64,000 nt of DNA, taken from Eledone cirrhosa (Eukaryota). The notes under the pieces are model-generated. The model worked only from the letters and a program-made list of their open reading frames with translations. It was not told the origin of the DNA and made no database searches. Shown in pieces: positions 50,701 to 60,753 of this stretch. The stretch spans positions 212,536,001 through 212,600,000 of the forward strand of contig OZ024741.1 of NCBI GenBank assembly GCA_964016885.1. The letters are read 5' to 3'. Both the position numbers and the translations under genes were made by a program. Each line of letters starts with the position of its first letter. The first letter of the stretch is position 1.

Positions 50701-53700
50701 GTGTTACTGCTGATGTTGTTGCTGGTGTTACTGCTGCTGTTGTTGTTGGTGTTACTGCTGTTGTTGTTGGTGGTGTTACTGCTGTTGTTGTTGTTGGTGT
50801 TACTGCTGTTGTTGTTGGTGGTGTAACTGCTGTTGTTGTTATTGGTGGTGTTACTGCTTTTGTTGGTGGTGTGACTGCTGTTGTTGTTGGTGGTGTTACT
50901 GCTGTGTTGCTGCTGCTGTTACTGTTGTTGTTGGTGGTGGTGTTACTGCTGTTGTTGTTGGTGGTGTTACTGCTGTTGTTGGTGGTGTTACTGCTGTTGT
51001 TGTTGGTGGTGTTACTGTTGTTGTTGTTGGTGGTGTTACTGCTGTTGTTACTGTTGGGGTTACAGCTGTTGTTGTTGTTGGTGTTACTATTGTTGTTGTT
51101 GCTGGTGTTACTGTTGTTGTTGTTGGTGGTATTACTGCTGTTGTTGTTGTTGGTGTTACTGTTGTTGTTGTTGTTGGTGTTACTGCTGTTGTTGTTGGTG
51201 GTGTTACTGTTGTTGTTGTTGTTACTGCTGATGTTGTTGTTGGTGGTGTTACTGTTGTTGTTGTTGTTGGTGTTGCTGCTGGTGTTGTTGTTGGTGTTAC
51301 TGCTGATGTTGTTGTTGGTGGTGTTACTGTTGTTTTTGTTGTTAGTGTTACTGCTCTTGTTGTTGGTGTTACTGTTGTTGTTGTTGTTGTTGGTGTTACT
51401 GCTGGGGCTGTTGTCGTTGGTGGTGTTACTGCTGCTGTTGTTGTTGGTGTTACTGCTGTTGTTGTTGGTGGTGTTACTGCTGTTGATGTTATTGGTGTTA
51501 CTGCTGTTGTTTTTGTTGGTGTTACTGCTGTTGTTTTTGTTGTTGTTACTGCTGTTGTTTTTGTTGGTGTTACTGCTGTTGTTTTTGTTGGTGTTACTGC
51601 TGTTGTTGTTGCTAATGTTACTGTTGTTCTTGTTGTTGTTGTTACTTCTGATGTTGTTGTGGGTGGTATTACTGCTGTTGTTGTTGTTGGTGTTACTGTT
51701 GTTGTTGTTGTTGGTGTTACTGCTGTTGTTGTTGGTGGTATTACTGCTGTTGGTGGTGGTGTTACTGCTGTTGTTGTTGGTAGTGTTACTGTTATTGTTG
51801 TTGGTGGTGTTAATGCTGTTGTTGTTGTTGGTGTTACTGCTGTTGTTGTTGGTGGTGTTACTGTTGTTGTTGTTGGTGGTATTACTGCTGTTGTTGTTGT
51901 TGGAGTTACTGCTGCTGTTGTTGGTGGTGTTACTGCTGTTGTTGGTGTTACTGCTGTTGTTGGTGGTGGTGTTACTACTTTTGTTGGTGGTGTTACTGCT
52001 GTTGTTGTTGGTGGTGTTACTGCTGTGTTGCTGCTGCTGTTCCTGTTGTTGTTGTTGGTGGTGTTACTGCTGTTGTTGTTGGTGCTGTTACTGCTGTTTG
52101 TGGTGGTGTTACTGCTGTTGTTGTTGGTGGTGTTACTGTTGTTGTTGTTGGTGGTGTTACTGCTGTTGTTGCTGTTGGGGTTACAGCTGTTGTTGTTGTT
52201 GGTGTTACTGCTGGGGCTGTTGTCGTTGGTGGTGTTACTGCTGTTGTTGTTGTTGGTGTTACTGCTGCTGTTGTTGGTGGTGTTACTGCTGATGTTGTTG
52301 GTGGTGTTACCGTTGTTGTTGTTGCTGGCGTTACTGCTGTTGTTGTTGTTGCCGTTACTGCTGTTGTTGTTGGTGGTGGTGTTACTGCTGTTGTTGTTGG
52401 AGGTGTTACTGCTGTTGTTGTTGGTGTTGTTACTGCTGTTGTTGTTGGTGGTGTTACTGCTGTTGTTGTTGTTGGCGTTACTGTTGTTGTTGTTGTTGGT
52501 GTTACTGCTGTTGTTGTTGGTGGTGTTACTGTTGTTGTTGTTGGTGGTATTACTGCTGTTGTTGTTGTTGGTGTTACTGTTGTTGTTTTTGTTGGTGTTA
52601 CTGCTGTTACTGTTGTTGGTGTTACTGCTGTTGTTGTTGGTGGTATTACTGATGTTGTTGTTGTTGGTGTTACTGCTGTTGTTGTTGGTGGTGTTACTGC
52701 TGTTGTTGTTGGTGGTGTTACTGCTGTTGTTGTTGGTGGTGTTACTGCTGTTGTTGTTGTTGGTGTTACTGCTGCTGTTGTTGGTGGTGTTACTGCTGTT
52801 GTTGTTGGTGGTGTTACTGCTGTTGTTGTCGGTGTTGTTACTGCTGTTGTTGTTGGTGGTGTTACTGCTGTTGTTGTTGGTGGTGTAACTGCTGTTGTTG
52901 TTATTGGTGGTGTTACTGCTTTTGTTGGTGGTGTGACTGCTGTTGTTGTTGGTGGTGTTACTGCTGTGTTGCTGCTGCTGTTACTGTTGTTGTTGGTGGT
53001 GGTGTTACTGCTGTTGTTGTTGGTGGTGTTACTGTTGTTGTTGTTGGTGGTGTTACTGCTGTTGTTACTGTTGGGGTTACAGCTGTTGTTGTTGTTGGTG
53101 TTACTATTGTTGTTGTTGGTGGTGTTACTGTTGTTGTTGTTGGTGGTATTACTGCTGTTGTTGTTGTTGGTGTTACTGTTGTTGTTGTTGATGGTGTTAC
53201 TGCTGTTGTTGTTGGTGGTGTTACTGCTGTTGTTGGTGGTGTTACTGCAGTTGTTGTTGGTGGTGTTACTGTTGTTGTTGCTGGTGGTGTTACTGCTGTT
53301 GTTGTTGTTGGTGTTACTGCTGTTGTTGTTGGTGGTGTTACTGGTGTTGTTGTTGGTGGTATTACTTCTGTTGTTCTTTTTGGTGTTACTGCTGGGGCTG
53401 TTGTCGTTGGTGGTGTTACTGATGATGTTGTTGGTGGTGTTACTGCTGTTGTTGTTGGTACTGTTACTGTTGTTGTTGTTGTTGTTGTTGTTGTTACTTC
53501 TGATGTTGTTGTTTGTGGTGTTACTGTTGTTCTTGTTGTTGGTGTTACTGCTGTTCTTGTTGTTTTTGGTGTTACTGCTGGTGTTGTTGTTGGTGGTGTT
53601 ACTGCTGGTGTTGTTGTTGGTGGCGTTACTGCTGTTGTTGTTGTTGGTGTTACTGCTGTTGTTGTTGTTGGTGTTACTGCTGTTGTTTTTGTTGGTGTTA

Positions 53701-55730
53701 CTGTTGTTGTTTTTGTTGGTGTTACTGCTGTTGTTGTTGTTGGTGTTACTGCTGTTGTTTTTGTTGGTTTACTGCTGTTGTTGTTGTTGGTGTTACTGCT
53801 GTTGTTTTTGTTGGTGTTACTGCTGTTGTTTTTGTTGGTGTTACTGCTGTTGTTGTTGTTGAGTTTACTGCTGTTGTTGGTGGTGTTACTGCTGTTGTTT
53901 TTGTTGGTGTTACTGCTGTTGTTGTTGTTGTTGGTGTTACTGCTGTTGTTTTTGTTGGTGTTACTGCTGTTGTTGTTGTTGGTGTTACTGCTGTTGTTGT
54001 TGTTGGTGTTACTGCTGTTGTTGTTGTTGGTGTTACTGCTGTTGTTGTTGTTTTTGTTACTGCTGTTGTTGCTGTCGGTGTTACTGTTGTTGTTGGTGGT
54101 GGTGTTACTGCTGTTGTTGTTGGTGGTGTTACTGCTGTTGTTGTTGTTGTTGTTGTTGGTGTTACTGCTGTTGTTGTAGGTGGTGTTACTGCTGTTGTTG
54201 TAGGTGGTGTTACTGTTGTTGTTGTTGTTGTTATTTTTGTTACTGCTGTTGTTGATGTCGGTGTTACTGTTGTTGTTGTTGGTGGTGTTACTGCTGTTGT
54301 TGTTGGTGAAGTTACTGCTGTTGTTGCTGTTGGGGTTACTATTGTTGTTGTTGTTGGTGTTACTGCTGTTGTTGTTGGTGGTGTTACTGCTCTTGTTGTT
54401 GGTGTTACTGTTGTTGTTGTTGGTGGTGTTACTGCTGTTGTTGTTGGTGGTGTTACTGTTGTTGTTGTTGGCGGTGTTACTGCTGTTGTTGCTGTTGGGG
54501 TTACAGATGTTGTTGTTGTTGTTGTTGGTGGTGGTGTTACTGTTGTTGTTGTTGGTGGTATTACTGCTGTTGTTGTTGGTGGTGTTACTGCTGGGGCTGT
54601 TGTCGTTGGTGGTGTTACTGCTGTTGTTGTTGGTGGTGTTACTTCTGATGTTGTTGGTGGTGTTACAGTTGTTGTTGTTGCTGGCGTTACTGCTGTTGTT
54701 GTTGTTGCCGTTACTGCTGTTGTTGTTGTTGGTGGTGTTACTGCTGTTGTTGTTGGTGGTGTTACTGCTGTTGTTGTTGGTGTTGTTACTGCTGTTGTTG
54801 TTGGTGGTGTTTCTGCTGTTGTTGTTGTTGGCGTTACTGTTGTTGTTGTTGGTGTTACTGCTGTTGTTGGTGGTGGTGTTACTGTTGTTGTTGTTGGTGG
54901 TATTACTGCTTTTGTTGTTGTTGGTGTTACTGTTGTTGTTTTTGTTGGTGTTACTGCTGTTACTGTTGGTGGTGTTACTGATGTTGTTGGTGGTGTTACT
55001 GCTGTTGTTGTTGGTGGTGTTACTGTTGTTGTTGTTGGTGGTGTTACTGCTGTTGTTGTTGTTGGTGTTACTGCTGTTGTTGTTGGTGGTGTTACTGGTG
55101 TTGTTGTTGGTGGTATTACTGCTGTTGTTGTTGTTGGTGTTACTTCTGGGGCTGTTGTCGTTGGTGGTGTTACTGCTGCTGTTATTCGTGGTGTTACTGC
55201 TGTTGTTGTAGGTGGTGTTACTGTTGTTGTTGTTGTTGTTGTTTTTGTTACTGCTATTGTGGCTGTCGGTGTTACTGTTGTTGTTGTTGGTGGTGTTACT
55301 GTTGTTGTTGTTGGTGAAGTTACTGCTGTTGTTGCTGTTGGGGATACTATTGTTGTTGTTGTTGGTGTTACTGCTGTTGTTGTTGGGGGTGTTACTGCTC
55401 TTGTTGTTGGTGTTACAGTTGTTGTTGTTGGTGGTGTTACTGATGTTGTTGTTGGTGGTGTTACTGCTCTTCTTGTTGGCGTTACTGCTGATGTTGTTGC
55501 TGGTGTTACTGCTGCTGTTGTTGTTGTTGTTACTGCTGATGTTGTTGGTGGTGTTACTGTTGTTGTTGTTGTTGTTGGTGTTACTGCTGTTGTTGTTGGT
55601 GGTGTTACTGCTCTTGTTGTTGGTGTTACTGCTGATGTTGTTGCTGGTGTTACTGCTGCTGTTGTTGTTGGTGTTACTGCTGTTGTTGTTGGTGGTGTTA
55701 CTGCTGTTGTTGTTGTTGGTGTTACTGCTG
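41701..55730. repeat. Diverged three-copy higher-order repeat (about 41701-45969, 45970-50822, 50823-55730; 4.3, 4.85 and 4.9 kb)
   Basis: The marker gtaactgctgttgttgttattggtggtg recurs at 41701/45970/50823 and about 43716/47960/52885. Track ORF series 44432/49300/54204 and 45440/50293/55212. Shared rare variants include ggggatact, gttacagat and gctattgtggctgtcggt. Confidence 0.85.
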
Positions 55731-58700
55731 TTGTTGTTGTTACTGCTGATGTTGTTGTTGGTGGTGTTACTGTTGTTGTTGTTGTTGGTGGTGTTTCTGC
55801 TGGTGTTGTTGTTGGTGTTACTGCTGGTGTTGTTGTTGGTGGTGTTACTGCTGTTGTTGTTGGTGGTGTTCTGCTCTTGTTGTTGGTGTTACTGTTGTTG
55901 TTGATGTTGGTGTTACTGCTGTTGTTGTTGGTGCTGTCACTGCTGCTGTTGTTGTTGGTGTTACTGCTGTTGTTGTTGGTGGTGTTACTGCTGTTGTTTT
56001 TGTTGGTGTTACTGCTGTTGTTTTTGTTGGTGTTACTGCTGTTGTTGTTGGTGGTGTTACTGCTGTTGTTGTTGTTGGTGTTACTGCTGCTGTTGTTGGT
56101 GGTGTTACTGCTGTTATTGTTGGTTGTGTTACTGCTATTGTTGTTGGTGGTACTACTGATGTTGTTGTTGTTGGTGTTACTGCTGTTGTTGTTGGTGGTG
56201 TTACTGCTGTTGTTGGTGGTGGTGTTACTGCTGTTGTTGTTGTTGGTGTTACTGCTGCTGTAGTTGGTGGTGTTACTGCTGTTGTTGTTGGTGGTGTTAC
56301 TGCTGTTGTTTTTGGTGGTGTAACTGCTGTTGTTGTTGTTGGTGGTGTTATTGCTTTTGTTGGTGGTGTTACTGCTGTTGTTGTTGGTGGTGTTAATGCT
56401 GTGTTGCTGCTGCTGTTACTGTTGTTGTTGTTGGTGGTGTTACTGCTGTTGTTGTTGGTGGTGTTACTGCTGTTGTTGGTGGCGTTACTGCTGTTGTTGT
56501 TGGTGGTGTTACTGTTGTTGTTGTTGTTGGTGGTGTTACTGCTGTTGTTACTGTTGGGGTTACCACTGTTGTTGTTGTTGGTGTTACTATTGTTGTTGTT
56601 GGTGGTGTTACTGTTGTTGTTGTTGGTGGTATTACTGCTGTTGTTGTTGGTGGTGTTACTATTGTTGTTGTTGTTGGTGTTACTGCTCTCTTTGTTGGTG
56701 GTGTTACTGCTGTTGTTGGTGGTGTTACTGCAGTTGTTGTTGGTGGTGTTACTGTTGTTGTTGCTGGTGGTGTTACTGCTGTTGTTGTTGTTGGTGTTAC
56801 TGCTGTTGTTGTTGGTGGTGTTACTGGTGTTGTTGTTGGTGGTGTTACTGCTGTTGTTGTTGGTGGTGTTACTGCTCTTGTTTTTGGTGTTACTGTTGTT
56901 GTTGTTGGTGGTGTTACTGCGGTTGTTGTTGGTGGTGTTACTGTTGTTGTTGTTGTTGTTACTGCTGATGTTGTTGGTGGTGTTACTGTTGTTGTTGTTG
57001 TTGGTGTTACTGCTGTTGTTGTTGGTGGTGTTACTGCTCTTGTTGTTGGTGTTACTGATGATGTTGTTGCTGGTGTTACTGCTGCTGTTGTTGTTGGTGT
57101 TACTGCTGTTGTTGTTGGTGGTGTTACTGCTGGTGTTGTTGTTGGTGGTGTTACTGTTTTTGTTGTTGTTGGTGTTACTGCTGTTGTTGTTGGTGGTATT
57201 ACTGCTCTTGTTGTTGGTGTTACTGTTGTTGTTGTTGTTGGGTGTGTTACTGCTGATGTTGTTGGTGGTGTTACTGCTGCTGTTGTTGTTGGTGTTACTG
57301 CTGTTGTTGTTGGTGGTGTTACTGCTGTTGTTGTTGTTGGTGTTACTGCTGTTGTTTTTGTTGGTGTTACTGCTGTTGTTTTTGTTGTTGTTACTGCTGT
57401 TGTTTTTGTTGGTGTTACTGCTGTTGTTGTTGTTGGTGTTACTGTTGTTGTTTTTGTTGGTGTTACTGCTGTTGTTTTTGTTGGTGTTACTGCTGTTGTT
57501 GTTGTTGGTGTTACTGCTGTTGTTGTTGGTGGTGTTACTGCTGTTGTTGTTGTTGGTGTTACTGCTGCTGTTGTTGGTGGTGTTACTGCTGTTGTTGTTG
57601 GTTGTGTTACTGCTGTTGTTGTTGGTGGCGTTACTGCTGTTGTTGTCGGTGTTGTTACTGCTGTTGTTTTTGGTGGTGTAACTGCTGTTGTTGTTGTTGG
57701 TGGTGTTACTGCTTTTGTTGGTGGTGTTACTGCTGTTGTTGTTGGTGGTGTTACTGCTGTGTTGCTGCTGCTGTTACTGTTGTTGTTGTTGGTGGTGTTA
57801 CTGCTGTTGTTGTTGGTGGTATTACTGATGTTGTTGTTGTTGGTGTTACTGATGTTGTTGTTGGTGTTGTTACTGCTGTTGTTGTTGGTGGTGTTACTGC
57901 TGTTGTTGTTGGTGGTGTTACTGCTGTTGTTGTTGTTGGTGTTACTGCTGCTGTAGTTGGTGGTGTTACTGCTGTTGTTGTTGGTGGCGTTACTGCTGTT
58001 GTTGTCGGTGTTGTTACTGCTGTTGTTTTTGGTGGTGTAACTGCTGTTGTTGTTGTTGGTGGTGTTACTGCTTTTGTTGGTGGTGTTACTGCTGTTGTTG
58101 TTGGTGGTGTTACTGCTGTGTTGCTGCTGCTGTTACTGTTGTTGTTGTTGGTGGTGTTACTGCTGTTGTTGTTGGTGGTGTTACTGCTGTTGTTGGTGGT
58201 GTTACTGCTGTTGTTGTTGGTGGTGTTACTGTTGTTGTTGTTGGTGGTGTTACTGCTGTTGTTGTTGGTGGTGTTACTGTTGTTGTTGTTGTTGGTGTTA
58301 CTATTGATGTTGTTGGTGGTGTTACTGTTGTTGTTGTTGGTGGTATTACTGCTGTTGTTGTTGTTGGTGTTACTGTTGTTGTTGTTGTTGGTGTTACTGC
58401 TGTTGTTGTTGGTGGTGTTACTGCTGTTGTTGGTGGTGTTACTCCAGTTGTTGTTGGTGGTGTTACTGTTGTTGTTGTTGGTGTTACTGCTGATGTTGTT
58501 GGTGGTGTTACTGGTGTTGTTGTTGGTGGTATTACTTCTGTTGTTGTTTTTGGTGTTACTGCTGGGGCTGATGTCGTTGGTGGTGTTACTGCTGCTGTTG
58601 TTCGTGGTGTTACTGCTGTTGTTGTTCGGGGTGTTACTGCTGTTGTTGTTGGTAGTGTAACTGTTGTTGTTGTTGTTGTTGTTACTTCTGATGTTGTTGT

Positions 58701-60722
58701 TGGTGGTGTTACTGTTGTTGTTGTTGTTGGTGTTACTGCTGTTCTTGTTGTTGGTGTTACTGCTGGTGTTGTTGTTGGTGGTGTTACTGCTGGTGTTGTT
58801 GTTGGTGGCGTTACTGCTGTTGTTGTTGTTGGTGTTACTGCTGTTGTTGTTGTTGGTGTTACTGCTGTTGTTTTTGTTGGTGTTACTGCTGTTGTTTTTG
58901 TTGGTGTTACTGCTGTTGTTGTTGTTGGTGTTACTGCTGTTGTTGTTGGTGTTACTGCTGTTGTTTTTGTTGGTGTTACTGCTGTTGTTGTTGTTGGTGT
59001 TACTGCTGTGTTGTTGGTGGTGTTACTGCTGTTGTTGTTGTTGGTGTTACTGCTGTTGTTTTTGTTGGTGTTACTGCTGTTGTTGTTGTTGGTGTTACTG
59101 CTGTTGTTGTTGGTGTTACTGCTGTTGTTTTTGTTGGTGTTACTGCTGTTGTTGTTGTTGGTGTTACTGCTGTGTTGTTGGTGGTGTTACTGCTGTTGTT
59201 GTTGTTGGTGTTACTGCTGTTGTTTTTGTTGGTGTTACTGCTGTTGTTTTTCTTGTTGATACTGCTGTTGTTTTTGTTGGTGTTACTGCTGTTGTTTTTG
59301 TTGGTGTTACTGCTGTTGTTGTTGTTGGTGTTACTGCTGTTGTTTTTGTTGGTGTTACTGCTGTTGTTTTTGTTGGTGTTACTGCTGTTGTTGTTGGTGG
59401 TGTTACTGCTGTTGTTGTTGTTGGTGTTACTGCTGCTGTTGTTGGTGGTGTTACTGCTGTTGTTGTTGTTGGTGTTACTGCTGTTGTTGTTGGTGGTGTT
59501 ACTGCTGTTGTTGTTGTTGGTGTTACTGCTGCTGTTGTTGGTGGTGTTACTGCTGTTATTGTTGGTTGTGTTACTGTTGTTGTTGTTGGTGGTATTATTG
59601 TTGTTGTTGTTGTTGGTGTTACTGTTGTTGTTGTTGTTGGTGTTACTGCTGTTGTTGTTGGTGGTATTACTGCTGTTGTTGTTGTTGGTGTTACTGTTGT
59701 TGTTGTTGTTGGTGTTACTGCTGTTGTTGTTGTTGGTGTTACTGCTGTTGTTGTTGGTGGTGTTACTGCTGTTGTTGTTGGTGGTGTTACTGCTGTTATT
59801 GTTGGTGGTATTACTGCTGTTGTTGTTGTTGGTGTTACTGTTGTTGTTGTTGTTGGTGTTACTGCTGTTGTTGTTGGTGGTGTTACTGCTGTTATTGTTG
59901 GTGGTATTACTGCTGTTGTTGTTGTTGGTGTTACTGTTGTTGTTGTTGTTGGTGTTACTGCTCTTGTTTTTTGGTGGTGTTACTGCTGTTGTTGGTGGTG
60001 TTACTGCAGTTGTTGTTGGTGGTGTTACTGTTGTTGTTGCTGGTGGCGTTACTGCTGTTGTTATTGTTGGTGTCACTGCTGTTGTTGTTGGTGGTGTTAC
60101 TGGTGTTGTTTTTCGTGGTATTACTTCTGTTGTTGTTTTTGGTGTTACTGCTGGGGCTGTTGTCGTTGGTGGTGTTACTGCTGCTGTTGTTCGTGGTGTT
60201 ACTGCTGTTGTTGTTGGTGGTGTTACTGCTGTTGTTGTTGGTACTGTTACTGTTGTTGTTGTTGTTGTTGTTGTTACTTCTGATGTTGTTGTTGGTGGTG
60301 TTACTGTTGTTGTTGTTGTTGGTGTTACTGCTGTTCTTGTTGTTTTTGGTGTTACTGCTGGTATTGTTGTTGGTGGTGTTACTGCTGGTGTTGTTGTTGG
60401 TGGCGTTACTGCTGTTGTTGTTGTTGGTGTTACTGCTGTTGTTTTTGTTGGTGTTACTGTTGTTGTTTTTGTTGGTGTTACTGCTGTTGTTGTTGTTGGT
60501 GTTACTGCTGTTGTTTTTGTTGGTGTTACTGCCGCTGTTGTTGTTGTTGGTGTTACTGCTGTTGTTGCTGTCGGTGTTACTGTTGTTGTTGGTGGTGGTG
60601 TTACTGCTGTTGTTGTTGGTGGTGTTACTGCTGTTGTTGTTGTTGGTGTTACTGTTGTTGTTGTTGTTGGTGTTACTGCTGTTGTTGTAGGTGGTGTTAC
60701 TGCTGTTGTTGTAGGTGGTGTT

Positions 60723-60753
<31 letters not shown>

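Noticed and set aside
43873-60046. Chi-like octamer GCTGGTGG at about 43873, 48355, 53280, 56763 and 60039
   Set aside because: It is one substitution away from the monomer (GTTGGTGG), is spread by the higher-order duplications, and has no bacterial context.
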